Positions 12,192-24,934 are shown, counted from the stretch's first letter. The stretch: DNA of 64,000 nucleotides from Octopus vulgaris (GCA_951406725.2 OX597828.1:69130001-69194000), one strand, 5' to 3'. Numbers and translations are program-made. The notes: generated by a model not told the origin, from the sequence alone.

Positions 12192-12830
12192 TATTGGGTT
12201 GTCCGGAAAGTTCGTGCCAATTTATAGTAGCTTCCTTTTCGACTTATTTTAGAACATGGTTGAGTCCATGAAATAGAATTTGACTACACCTCCATTTAGA
12301 GCACAGTTTAAACTATCTTTTCGTGGAAGAAGTTTTATGTTCCTATAACCTGTGTTAATTCTGTAACCCTTTAAAATGGAAGATAAGAAAGTTCATTTTT
12401 GGCACTTGATGCTTTTCTTTTTCCATAAAGGGAAAAATGCCTCACAAACAACCAAAGAAATATGTGGAGTTTACGGTGATGTTTCTTATTCTGAAAGAAC
12501 TGTACGGAAGTGGTTTGCAAGGTTCCGAGCTGAAGATTGTAGCCTTATTGATAAAGAGCAATCAGACAGACCATCCACTACAGATGACGACCAAATCAAG
12601 TCATTAATTGAGAATAACCCACATTGCACAACCCAAGAATTGGCAGAAAGCCTCAACCTATCAAAATCCGTCATTCATGAGCACCTGGTAAAGCTTGGGT
12701 GCACAAATCGCTACGATGTTTGGGTACCACATGAGTTTAGTGAGAAGAATCTTTTTGATCGCATTTTTAAAGTAAATTGTGACAGGTGATGAGAAATGGA
12801 TTATCTACCGAAATGTTCAGAGAAAACTTA
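12192..12830 (+). mobile_element. mariner transposon, 3' truncated/deleted
   Basis: TIR-like start TATTGGGTTGTCC. The ORF has an HTH region (SERTVRKWFARFR), WVPHE and frameshifted IVTGDEKW. Confidence 0.85.
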
Positions 12831-13281
12831 ATTTTGTTATTTTTGTTTGTTGCGTGCAATTACTCTTTACTCTTTTACTTGTTTCAGTCATTTGACTGCG
12901 GCCATGCTGGAGCACCGCCTTTAGTCGAGCAAATCAACCCCGAAACTTATTCTTTGTAAGCCTAGTACTTATTCTATCGGTCTCTTTTGCCGAACTGCTA
13001 AGTGACGGGGACGTAAACACACCAGCATCAGTTGTCAAGCGATGTTGGGGGTACAAATACAGACACACAAACACACACACATATATATATACATATATAT
13101 GACAGGCTTCTTTCAGTTTCCATCTACCAAATCCACTCACAAGGCTTTGGTCGGCCCGAAGCTATAGCAGAAGACACTTGCCCAAGATGCCACGCAGTGG
13201 GACTGAACCCTGAACCATGTGGTTGGTAAGCAAGCTACTTACCACACAGCCACTCCTGCGCCTATTATATTTTTTTTTATA

Positions 13282-13682
13282 TTATTTTTTAATTATATTT
13301 TTATAGTTAGAACTAAAGCTAATTTTTAAGTTGTGCCTATTAAAGAGTTTTCTATAATTATGATTGATTGGAAAATGCCTATCTATCAGTGATAAGAAAT
13401 ATCTACCTGTATTAAAGGTCACTTCGGGTGAGTAAGGTGGTGTGAACCAGATAATTTTCCTATTCCTATTTTGCCTTTTCTTTGTTACTGCACTAATGAC
13501 AGGTGCATAGGTTATTTCCTCGCTAAAACCACTATCTTTTAGAGCTTTATTATATATTGGGGCAACACTATTAAAAATGTTTGTATCGGAGGAAAGGCTA
13601 GAAATTCTCTTGCTAATGTTTTTAACTAAATTCTTAAATACTATGGGCGGATGGCAGGAACCTACATTAATATAGCTAAGTC
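13282..13682 (-). mobile_element. Penelope-like element fragment (post-RT linker)
   Basis: YINVGSCHPPIVFKNL...YNKALKDSGF...RKIIWFTPPYS...IDRHFP...FNRHNLKISFS, homologous to 47920-48280. Confidence 0.85.
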
Positions 13683-13699
13683 TATTGGTGTAGATGTGT

Positions 13700-14265
13700 T
13701 TGACAGACACAGGATATCAATCGTCTGGAAGCTGTTTAGCGACGTGCAACCAAAAGAATACCGTCCATCAGGCATTTGCCATATTCTGAACGCCTTACTT
13801 CCCTGGGCATGGACACATTGAAACTCCGACGTCTGGCAGCTGACTTGGCAGACACCCATAAAATTATCAACCATTGTACAAACAATAACTCTGAGCACCT
13901 TTTCAAACTCCACCCATCTAACACCCGTGGCCATGTTTACAAAGTCAGAAAACAGCACAACTCCCATGACTTTTGGAAACATTTTTTCATGCTAAGAGTT
14001 GCTGAAGCATGGAACAAACTGCCGGCATCAGTTGTTAGTTGTCGGAGCACTGCATCCTTCAAAACTTCCATGCTTTCTGAGATTCACCAACACTACACCT
14101 GATTTTCTCCCCTCCATATACACACAAGCATGTATCTGACTCATACATTGTTCGCTTTCCAGACATTTGTACATTACTGCATATACTCTATACGCACTTT
14201 CTGACAAGTTGTGGTGCACCTGTGCACTGTATACAATAATTTCATTATTATTATTATTATTATTA
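13700..14265 (+). mobile_element. CR1/L2-type LINE 3' end
   Basis: YSERL..LGM.TLKLRRL..DL..THKII...TRGH...FFMLRVAEAWNKLP...FK, followed by an (ATT)n tail. Confidence 0.85.
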
Positions 14266-14989
14266 TCTACACCAATGTAGATGTATTTGTGTATATACAT
14301 ATATGACTCATTTGTATATTCAAGTTTTGCGGCGAATGTGAATGTTTTATGGTTGATGTTTTTTGCATATGTGTTTTTATTTGTATATACATCTATCCGC
14401 GTATGTATGTGCATGTGCGTATAGACTACATTTTGTATATCTGCATATATATGTATATGTGTGGATAGAGATGTGTATATGAACATAATGATACGTGCAT
14501 TTTCTGTGTGTGCTTTTATTTGTATGTATGTCTTTCTGTGTATGTATATGCATGTGCATATAAACTATGTTTTGTATATCCACGTATGTGTGTGAGTGTG
14601 CGTGTAGAGATGTGAATATAATCAGTGATGTGTGAATGGGTATATATGTGTGTGTATGCACGTGTATGCATAGACATATATGTATATATGTGTTTGTATG
14701 TATATGCACAAGTGTGTGTGAGTATATATATAGATATATATACATACGTGTGTGTGTGTGCATATGTGTATGTGTATATGTGTGCATATGTGGATTCTAT
14801 GAATGAAGTATTACTTTCCCCAAGCCTATTGGAGTAATTTCCCTTTATTCAATGGGTTTTTTTTTCATAGCATTTGTCTTAATAACTGATGAGATATCGG
14901 AGCAGACTGCTTACAGCAGTGCTTGGAAGGAAGGTGTGTAGCATGTGATCGTAACATTGACCATGACAATCATCAGGCTGGCAGCGGCC

Positions 14990-15665
14990 ACGATCAGTTG
15001 GTGCATTTTACGAGAAGATCGTCAAGGCGATACCTGCTCAGAGGCCGACACAAAGTTGCAGGAATTGTATGAGTTGCACAGAAGTGTATGATTTGGTTCA
15101 GACATCTCCAAGATGACCAATAAAATATTGATATTGACAAACGTTCTGGGAGACCTGTAACCAGCAGAACTGGGAAAAACATTGCAGATGGGTGGGCAGC
15201 TGTGAGGGGAAAATCCTCGAATCACCATCCGTGGCTTATCAGCGGATGTGAAGATTAGTTACCGTTCAGTTCAGTCCATTATCACTGAAGATTTGGATCT
15301 GCTAAGTTTGTGCCAAAACTGCTTTCAGCTGACCAAAAAGACTCTCGGATTTCAGTTGCACAAGATCTCCTTAATTGTGTTGAGAACAATGAAAACTGCA
15401 TAGACTTCTGAGCTGGTATCACCAAGCTTTTGGGAAAATTTGATGCAGATTCTCTGCTCAACTTTCTCTGTCATCATCAATGCAATGATCACATGCTACA
15501 CACTTACCTTCCAAGTACTGCTATAAACAGTGAAGTGATCTAGAATGTTAAAACTTAGTGTGCAAGCACAGCAGAATTCAAGGTCAATCTGTGCCAAGCA
15601 GTTTCACTCTATGTGCTTTGGCTTTGTTATTATGGCAACAGTTCGGATACTTATTGATCATACCA
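14990..15665. mobile_element. Rearranged mariner remnant
   Basis: NPRITIRGLS..VKISY..VQSIITEDL and AKFVPKLL on plus, abutting an inverted 5' piece with a TIR-like end. Confidence 0.6.
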
Positions 15666-15969
15666 CACACACACGAGTTTCTGCCAACCAAATTTTAATC
15701 TGAAGGCATTGGTCAACCTTAGGCCATAGAAGGACACATATTTCTAAGGTGCCACACAATGGGATTGAGGCCAGAACTATGTGGTTGCAGAGCAAACTTC
15801 TTAATAACAAAACCATGCAAATGCCTATATTTTGATATGAAAAATGTGTTTGTGTGTGTGTGTATACATACATACATACACATGCATATTACATTGCAAT
15901 ACATTGCTTCAATGAACGAGGATTCACGAGAACACTGATGGACAGTGTTCTTAGTTTGACATTTTGTCA

Positions 15970-17535
15970 TGTGGTTTCATATGGGAATACAAACCTATCT
16001 GGGATTTGCAGATCCTGTTACAGATGTTGCGGTGGTGGTAGATTGGACCTGGCTCTGTGCTCAGCTCTTTTCTCTCTCATGGTGTTGTTTCTGGCTGCTT
16101 CAAAGTCGGAGATGGTTTTGTAGCAAAAGCTCCTTGACTGAGCTCCAGTCAGTTCCACTATTTCCCATGTCTTCATATTCATCTCGAAGACTTTAGAGTA
16201 ACTTTACAATGGAGTAGCAAGTGACCTTGGTGCCTGGCAACAGAGTTAGGCTGGCCATAAAAGAGGGTTTTAGGTAAGCAAGTTTCTTCCATGCATACCA
16301 CATGGCCAACCCACTTCAGTTGTACTTTGATATGGTAATTCTCTACGCTTCGAATGTCACATCTTGTAACAACCTCAGTATTGCAGACTTTGTCCTGTAA
16401 CTTGATTTACTAGTTAGTCTTGGGAAAACCTAGGTAATGTTTCCTCCCATGCCAAGAAAAACTTATTCTAGACCAAACATCTTTGTAAATGGAACAAGGT
16501 TAGAAATCAATGACACCTTTGTTTACCACTGTCAAGAGATGGTGGTCTAGAATAGAGAAAGAATGTGTTGCATTTGGAAAGCTCAGAAAGTGAGTATGGG
16601 CAGATAGAGGTATTTCCTTGCAGTCAAAAATCAGTGTCTGTAAAATGCTTGTGTTGACAGCACTTCTTTATTTGGGTGAGACATGGACCACTTACAGGCA
16701 TCATATGAAAATGCTGGAGAGATTTCATCAAAAGTGCCTCAGGCGTACTTTGGGAGTCAAGTGGCAATGTTTCATACTAGATACAGAAGTTTTGCACATG
16801 GCATGTAGTAGCTGAATTGAACAACATGTTATCTTGGCTCAAATGAGATGGGCCGGACATGTTATTAGAATAAAAGATGAGCAATTTCCAAAGTGTCTTT
16901 TTTATGGTGAGCTCAACTCTGGTAAGCAACCACAACATAAGCCGAGGAAGCAGTATAAAGACTGTGTAAAGGAAAACCTGAAGAAATTAGATATGAACAA
17001 AAGTGATTGGAAATTGATGTTCTGGATCGGAACAAGTGGAGAGGTGCTGTTAGGATTGGTTGCAACAGCTGGGAGGAAAAAATAATTCAGCTCTTTGAGC
17101 CAGTTGTAAAGGAACAATTGGAACCAAAATACAGAGTGAATATTGGATATATATTATGTGTGATCATGTTCTATTCCCAAAAGCAGGACACATGAATCAT
17201 ATGAAGTCACATGAAAATCGATATGCCCAGGTAGGTAATGATCTTGAACCCCCAACCGCTAATTATGACTTGTGTCATATGTCACAAAACTTGTAAGACA
17301 ATATCTGGACTAAAAAGACATATGCTAGGACACAGAAGCATTCCTTCAGGATCAGATTCCAAAGGGCAAAGATGTAGAAGAAATTTGTATGATATCTGTC
17401 ACTTGTGTCTTAAACCTTGTCAGCAGCTGGTCTTAAAAGTCAACTGAGAGCTCATCAATGGAGGGATTGTGCTGTATGATGGGATGTGGTGTGTATTGAT
17501 GGGATGGCTATCATCTGTCAAGATGAAGCAATCAT
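15970..17535. mobile_element. RTE-clade LINE fragments (about 15970-16195 minus; about 16440-17535 plus)
   Basis: LLYLGETWTTYRHH..LERFHQKCLRR, MRWAGHVIR, PKCLFYGEL and C-terminal C2H2-like CVICHKTC..GLKRH. Confidence 0.75.
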
Positions 17536-17966
17536 CATATATATATATATATATATATGTTAAAACGGTAAGATAACAAAAGAAAGAAAGAGACCTCAAT
17601 ATTATGTAAATAGAGGAAATTTATCTATAAAATAATATGTGACAATTATTCGGTAACCAAGATAAAAGATTTTTCCACCTTGGCATCCAAAACTCAGAGT
17701 ATTATTTTGGCTACCAAATAATTGTCACATATTATTTTACAGATATATATATATATATATATATATGTAAATGGATGAATGAATTATCCTTTGTTTACCG
17801 TTAACATGGAAAATTCAATAAACAGTTACCAGGGTAACAAAATTCACGCAAGTAACAAGGATGTAGCGACCCATTCAAAGGTAGACACTCCGGGTTAATG
17901 TGCAGTAATTTGTATAGTATAAGTAAATAAATGCAGTTGAATGCAGATGCTATTCAAAATCTTTTA

Positions 17967-18049
17967 CTTTCGATATATGTTTCGAAGACAACATTGGTTT
18001 AATTCCAAAGGAATAAACGGTGTAAAATGCAATCTTCTCATCAGGAAAG
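17967..18049 (-). ncRNA. Type I hammerhead ribozyme motif, left arm of the same fold-back (sense to ULK3)
   Basis: Minus strand CTTTC-CTGATGA-GAAGA...TCTTC-GAAAC ATAT ATC-GAAAG, with one stem III mismatch. Confidence 0.65.
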
Positions 18050-18104
18050 AAAGAAAACCTATCTCAACAACAAGACATTATAACAATTTAGATAGGTTCT
18101 CTTT

Positions 18105-18188
18105 CTTTCCTGATGAGAAGATTACATTTTACACCGTTTATTCCTTTAGAATTAAACCATTATTGTTCTTCGAAACATATGTTGAAAG
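18105..18188 (+). ncRNA. Type I hammerhead ribozyme motif, right arm of the 17918-18237 fold-back
   Basis: CTTTC-CTGATGA-GAAGA...TCTTC-GAAAC ATAT GTT-GAAAG. Confidence 0.75.
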
Positions 18189-18305
18189 TAAAAGAATTTG
18201 AATAGTATCTGCATTCAACTCCATTTATTTACTTATATATATATATATATATATATATTGATGTTTTATTGATTTAAGTATGTTTCTCCATTCTCTAATT
18301 TTGTA

Positions 18306-18341
<36 letters not shown>

Positions 18342-19485
18342 CGAGCTTCTTTCAGTTTGTGGCTACCAAATCAACTCACAAGGCTTTGGTCAGCCTGAGG
18401 CTATGGTAGAAGATAGTTGCTCAAAGTGCTACACAGTGGAACTGAACCTGGAACCATGTGGTTGGGAAGTAAGCTTCTTGCTACACAGCCAAGTCTACAC
18501 AAGTCACTTTCAATCTAGTACCATAACTTTCAGAAAGTGCACTCACAAGACCCAATTTATACTCTCTGCAAGAATCACTTTACGAAGTAAGACAACTGAC
18601 CTGACATGTACTCAATACATCAATATCCAATAGAATAACACAAAATACATCCTTATATAACTGGTACTCAAATTTCTTGCACCACAATTCATATTGTGCA
18701 CAACTGCACCTGTTAACACAACAAAAACCACACATTCTACACAGCAGATAAAATACTAAAAAAAAAAAAAAGCAAGATGCCTCATCGAAGCAACTGATAT
18801 AACACAGAAACATAATTCTATAATCCCAGAAATCAATAAAGCACACACCTCACAGTAGTGCAGAGGTGCATCTGCTTGTGCAGAAGGAACTCACATAAAA
18901 CTATTGAAAATATGAAGCGAACAATAATGGTTTCTTACATAAAACACAGGACACAATTCTGAAAGGAGCCAACAATCAATTATATTGTCCCCAAGTATTT
19001 GACAGGTATTTTGACAGTTAAGGACCCTTGAAGGATAAATGCAAAGTTGAGTTCAGCAGGATTTGAACTCAGAACATAAGTCAGTAGATTAAGAGCTGGA
19101 ATAAATATTGGTTTCCCATTTTGGCACAAGGCCAGCTGTTTTGTGGGGAGGGGCTAAGTTGATTACATTAACCCTAGTACTGACTCTGAAAGGATGAAAG
19201 GCAAAAATCAATCTCAGCTGAATTTGAACCCAGAATGTAAAGATGGGTGAAATATCGCTAAGCCCAGCATACTAACAATTCTGCCTGAAAAGCATTTTGT
19301 CTAACACTTTAGTGATTCTGCCAAATAATAATAGTACATTTATATTACGGAGATGTACTTGCATAGCAAGTGACCTGATCTGCAATCGTGTGCTGGAACA
19401 AAAACAATTGCAGTGTAGAAGGTGTTTATATGCCACTTAAGAAACACACAAAAACCGTTAGATTCACTTCAACATTTAAATTTAA

Positions 19486-19536
19486 TTTGTCAAAATATTT
19501 TTGTCGCTTTGAGACTGCGACCTGTTCACTGACAAA
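19486..19536 (-). ncRNA. Hammerhead-like motif with G3-C8 core variant
   Basis: Minus strand TTTGTCA-GTGAACA-G-GTCGC AGTCTCAAA GCGAC-AAAAATATTT-TGACAAA. It has a 7-bp stem I, 5-bp stem II and palindromic stem III. G12 is A in this copy. Confidence 0.55.
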
Positions 19537-20154
19537 ATTCCGTGCTGCATCTGTTTGTTGAGTACATTTATAATTGGCATAGAAATACTAAAGGACTATC
19601 ATGTGTTGCTGAAAAGCTAAGGAACTGCAACTAGTTAGGAGCTGAATTAAAACCATTATGGCAGTTATCTGCCTTCCAATTTGTAACAGGTACATCTGCA
19701 GTCATATACAATCACTTGTGTAAAAACACAGGTAGATTTACATGGCCCAGAAAACACAAATACCAGGATCTGTAGCTAGTGTAGGCTATTCACAGAGAGA
19801 ATTTACTAACCTTCATGTATGTTTTCCAAGATGTACTCAACTATTTTTAATGGAATAAAAGACAATTCTTACTGTATTTATCTAATTATGAATAATAATG
19901 ATAACGATTTCTACAAGGTCAGAACTATGAATAATTGACTGACGTAGCATCATAATGGTTGGCCTTGTGCCCAGTTAAAGTTAGCAAAACACCAAATCTT
20001 TAGACTCATAATTACAAGAAAAATGAGTGTATCTAAAACATTGGAGCTTAGCTTTCTACACAACCAATTCTTAGTTGAAAACTTATGGAGGCCTATTTTG
20101 TCTTCTGTTGGGCTCCAGATCAGCTTGACTGAGCAGTCCCAGGAATCATAGGTA

Positions 20155-21708
20155 CAAGGTGCATTCCAGAAGTTTTGAGACTTTTTTCAGGCATGACATT
20201 CATTAATTTCAAAGAAGTTCAAAACTCGAATCTTCTTCAAATTAGGATCCTTTGATTTTAATGCAAATTGTGATAGTGCCCCAAACACTTCATGAAGACC
20301 CCATGGAAGTCCTCCAAATTGAAGGAGTCCAGGGCCCTTGTCAGACTCCTTCAGCTGGGGGATAAACCAAAGGTCACAAGGAGCAAGGTCTGGATTGTTG
20401 GCAGGATGAGGGATAGATTCGATGCCCATCTTTGTCAAGTAATTGGTTACCAGGATGTAATTGTAGACTGGTGTGTTGTCCTGGTACATGTGTTCTGGCC
20501 TTTTGTGATGAAATCTTTTCATGAACTCCCTCAAAATCTCCACAAATTATTCTTTGCTAAACCATTTAGTCAGAGAGAACCCAGTTGATGATGTCCTTGC
20601 TGTCAAAAAAAAAGGGGATCATCATGAACTTCCCATAGGACATGCTTTTCCTGGCTTCTTGTGCCATGGAAAGGAAAAAAAGGTGCTTGGCACAGCAAGT
20701 TGATCCATAAATAGTCTGGAGCAAGCTTCTGTAACGTTTTTGCCTAGTTTGATACAAAATTCTATTGCATAGAAAGCTTCCAATTTATTTTCACATCCTG
20801 ACTGCATTCTGCTCATTAGTCAGCTGAGACAAGCACTGTTTAGTAGGATGTACTCAAATTAATATTACAGCTGTATCCTTGAATCTGGAATAACAAAAGT
20901 TGGCCGTGGGTCAGCTAATAAGATATATATTTCTTAACTACCCACAAGGGGCTACACACAGAGGGGACAAACAAGGATAGACAAACGGATTAAGTCAATT
21001 ACATTGACCCCAGTGCATAACTGGTACTTAATTTATCGACCCTGAAAGGATGAAAGGTAAAGTCAACCTCAGCGGAATTTGAACTCAGAACATAGCGGCA
21101 GACGAAATACCGCTAACCATTTCGCCCAGCATGCTAATGTTTCTGTCAGCTAATAAGATATATAATAAGGAGCACTCCGTCGGTTACGACAATGAGGTTC
21201 CCAGCTGATACGATCAACAGAACAGTTTGCTCGTGAAATTAACGTGCAAGTGACTGAGCAATCCACAGACACACATACACCTAATGTAGTTCCCAGGGAG
21301 ATTCAGCGTGACACAGAGTGTGACAAGGCCAGCCCTTTGCAATACAGGTGCAACTCATTTTTGCCAGCTGAGTGGACTGGAGCAACGTGAAATAAAGTGT
21401 CTCGCTCAAAGACACAACACATCGCTGGGAATCAAACTCACGACCTTACAGTTGTGAGCCAAATGCCTTAACCACTAAGCCACGCGCCTTCACGAGACAT
21501 ATAATAATGGCTAAAATACAAAGTGCATTCCAGAACTTTTGAGACTTTTTTAAGTGAGGAATTTTTTTTTAGCTGTTATAGATTATTATGATTTTAGTAT
21601 ATCATTATTATATATCTTGATATACTAAAATCATAATAATCTATAACAGCTAAGCTAAAAAAAACTGCCTCACCTAAAAAAGTCTCAAAACTTCTGGAAT
21701 GCACTTTG
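20155..21708 (-). mobile_element. mariner element with TIRs, TA TSD and two nested SINEs
   Basis: TA|CAAGGTGCATTCCAGAAG...CTTCTGGAATGCACTTTG|TA. Motifs YAIEFCIKLGK, QDN and NPDLAPCDLWF. Confidence 0.8.
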
Positions 21709-23084
21709 TATTTTAGCCAGGGTCAGCTCACCTTATATTCAGAGTAACTAGGACCGTGACGGTGAACCTATGACAAGTGAATCTACAGTGAGGCCCAGTA
21801 GGTTTTTTTTTGGGGGGGGGGTGACCAACAATGGTCATGGTTCAATCCCACAGCGTGACACCTTGGGCAAGTGTCTTCTTTGGCTCTGGGTTGACCAAAT
21901 CCTTGTGACTTCACTTGGTTGATGAAACCTGAAAGAAGGGTCAATACATAGTTTAACACCCGGTCACCAAAAAATAAATAAATAAATAGATAGATAAAGC
22001 GGTCTAATAGGTGTGAAAAATGTGTAGAAAACGAATATGAAAACAAAAATTTGCCCAAATGAACAGGGTGGGTGGGGAGAGGACTTTCAGAAAATACACA
22101 CAATCTGATTTTTTCCCTCATAACTTTCAGGAAAATGGATATCGTTTAATGAAAGTTTATACAAATACTTCTCAAAAGGCATAGATTATAATTACAAAGA
22201 AATTTGGGTGGGGGGGAATTTTTTCCATGGGGTGAGGAGAGGAGTTTCGAATCAAGAAGACCACATAAGTTAGAATTTCTCCATTTTGACGGGGATTTTT
22301 CCAATTGTTTTTCACCACAGACTTCAAAATGATGGAGAGCATCTTTTTATGGAAAAAAATGGTTTAGAAAATTTATGATCTTTTTTACTCTCCTCACCCT
22401 TTAATGATGGTACCAATGGACCACATGCATGCTCCATTGGTGAGATCAACAAAACAAAATGGTAATTTAAACTTTTACCCCAACTTTAATTAAGCGAGGC
22501 CATGTGTGTAAGAAGGAAAAAAAAACATTTTCTAACAGAAAGTATGCTATTTAAAATTAATTATCTTTTACAAACCTATTTTTTAAAAATCACTCTTTAC
22601 TCTCTTTTACTTGTTTCAGTCTTTTGACTGTGGCCATGCTGGAGCACTGCCTTTAGTCGAGCAAATTGACACTATAACTTATTCTTTGTAAGACTAGTAC
22701 ATATTCTATTGGTCTCTTTTGCCAAACTGCTAAGTTACAGGGACGTAAACACACCAGCATTGGTTGTCAAGCGATGTTGGGGGGGGGGACAAACACAGAC
22801 ACACACACATATATATACGACGGGCTTCTTTCAGTTTCCGTCTACCAAATCCACTCACAAGGCTTTGGTTGGCCCTAGGCTATAGTAGAAGACATTTGCC
22901 CAAGGTGCCATGCAGTGGAACTGAACCCGGAACCATGTGGTTGGTAAGCAAGCTACTTACCACACAGCCACTGGATAAATACCAGAAATGACCTCAGGTT
23001 CTCTAATATTTTAAATTACAAATAGAAACAATCAGGGGTGGGGAGTAGGGTTGAAGAAAAATCATAAATTTTCTAATTTTATTT

Positions 23085-23480
23085 GCGCAGGAGTGGCTGT
23101 GTGGTAAGTAGCTTGTTTACCAACCACATGGTTCCGGGTTCATTCCCACTGCGTGGCACCTTGGGCAAGTGTCTTCTACTATAGCCTCGGGCCGACCAAA
23201 GCCTTGTGAGTGGATTTGGTAGACGGAAACTGAAAGAAGCCCATCGTATATATGTATATATATGCGTGTGTGTGTTTGTCCCCCTAGCATTGCTTGACAA
23301 CCGATGCTGGTGTGTTTATGTCCCCGTTACTTAGCGGTTCGGCAAAAGAGACCGATAGAATAAGTACTGGGCTTACAAAAGAATAAGTCCCGGTGTCGAG
23401 TTGCTCGATTAAAGGTGGTGCTCCAGCATGGCCGCAGTCAAATGACTGAAACAAGTAAAAGAGTAAAAGAGTAAAAGAGA
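23085..23480 (+). mobile_element. tRNA-derived SINE family 1 (other copies about 3375-3793 -, 5305-5695 +, 12860-13263 -, 18340-18495 -, 22593-22972 -, 38860-39140 and 40410-40550 -)
   Basis: A/B-box head (TGGCTGTGTGG, GGTTCANTCC), central TA/TG microsatellite, GAGTAAAA tail and multiple near-identical copies. Confidence 0.9.
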
Positions 23481-24440
23481 TAGCATGAATGTGTTTATGG
23501 GGAGAAAAATATTGGAAAACATCAATACATGGGAGAGTAAGAAAGAAACGAGGAGGGTTGTTTAGGGATGTGCTAGAAACGGCAGCCAAATCTCCCTTAG
23601 ATCACACTTTTTCCTCTGAAAATATTTACAATTTCTACCTTGTTTTTACTGAAAAGGCTCCTCCCATAGGGCAAAAAATTGGCCAAAATCGGTCCGGAGG
23701 CGGGGATAGAGGTAGGGGGTAAAAAAAAAAAGAACTTATGTGGTCTTCCTGATCCCAAACTCCGTTTTTTCAAATCTTTTCTCCCCACATCCCGGAAAAA
23801 ATTGACTGACCTAACCTCACACTTTGCACACATAAAAAAAAATTGGATTTTTCAGATGGAATCAACTTCCCTGATCACAAATTCCTTATTTTTGTGGTTC
23901 GGTAAAAAAAAAAAAAAGTAGGGGGTGACCCCCATCCCTCGCCTCGGATTCTTTGGAAAATTTGTTTTTCACCGTTGAATGAATTACGGTGAGCTTTTAA
24001 TATGCCACAAAACCAGGGGCTGGAACCCTCGGAAATCCCCACCCTCTCCAATTTCACAGGGAAAATTTTTACACGAGGGTCAGTACTTGTTCGCAAGGGA
24101 ACCTTTCCAGTAGCATTCGTCCTGTTGGAAATAACCAAATCTCGCCTAAGGCACCCTGAACCGTCTTTGTTGAGCAAAACCTACCCGTACGGTGTGTATG
24201 TCTGTGCATATGTAAGTGTATATGTGTTTGTGCGTGTGTATATATGTATGTGGGGCAATAAAAAGCCCTATTTCCAAATCAATGTCATTTGAAAGGTACC
24301 TCTATAAAACTTCCCTAATATATATATATCCGTTTTCCTGAAAGTTTTGAGGCAAAATCGGATTGTGTGAATTTTCTGAAAATCCTCTCCTCAACAAACC
24401 CCGTTCGTTTGGGCAAATTTTTGGTTTCGTATTCGTTTTC

Positions 24441-24934
24441 GGTACTACTAGCGAACATTGGTCCCGGTGCGCGCACACGCGTTAGCTAGTCATGACTAGT
24501 CGATCCTTACTTTGTGTTTTTGTGTGTTATTTACTTTGTTTAACAAAAATTATTTACTTTGTGTAAAAAACCAAGGGTTTCTGTTATCTTCAGAAATGTA
24601 AACAAAGCCACTTCCGGTACTTACGGTACGTATACCGAAGGATCAACAAAAAAATTATTTATTTTGTGTTTTATTGGCGAACCTTCGGTATATGTACCGG
24701 ATACATTTCAAGAAAGTGGGTTTTTTTTTATATACATGGGGGGTTAGGGTTAGGGGTGGGAGAAAAGGGTTTCTGTTATCTTCAGAAATGTAAACAAATT
24801 CACGTGTGTACCTATACCGAAGTATCGCCGTTTTATTTACTTTGCTACGTAGTCGTTGTAGGATCGACTAGTCACGACTAGCTACCGTGGATGCGCGAGT
24901 GCGCGCACCGGGACCGCTGTTTGCTAGAAGTACC
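24441..24934. mobile_element. Mutator-type MITE with 9-bp TSD and central GGGTTA repeats
   Basis: TTCGTTTTC flanks both ends. Long TIR GGTACTACTAGC/GCTAGAAGTACC. It is inserted into another repeat. Confidence 0.8.

Larger units (their letters stand above)
17918..18237. repeat. Fold-back element, about 145-bp arms, between (TA)n tracts
   Basis: 17918-18064 is inverted at 18090-18237, with a hammerhead in each arm. Confidence 0.9.

Noticed and set aside
12376-12789. SETMAR-like host gene
   Set aside because: No SET domain, internally deleted and frameshifted before the catalytic domain, and preceded by a TIR. It is an ordinary mariner relic.
8736-14892. Isolated CTGATGA words (8736, 11642, 14885) and others inside transposase ORFs
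   Set aside because: They have no matching GAAA/NUH with complementary stems, and such words are expected by chance.
24559-24747. TSGTYGTY peptide resembling a kinase Gly-loop (candidate ULK3 exon 1)
   Set aside because: It is on the wrong strand and inside a MITE. The real exon 1 is at 26764-26868.
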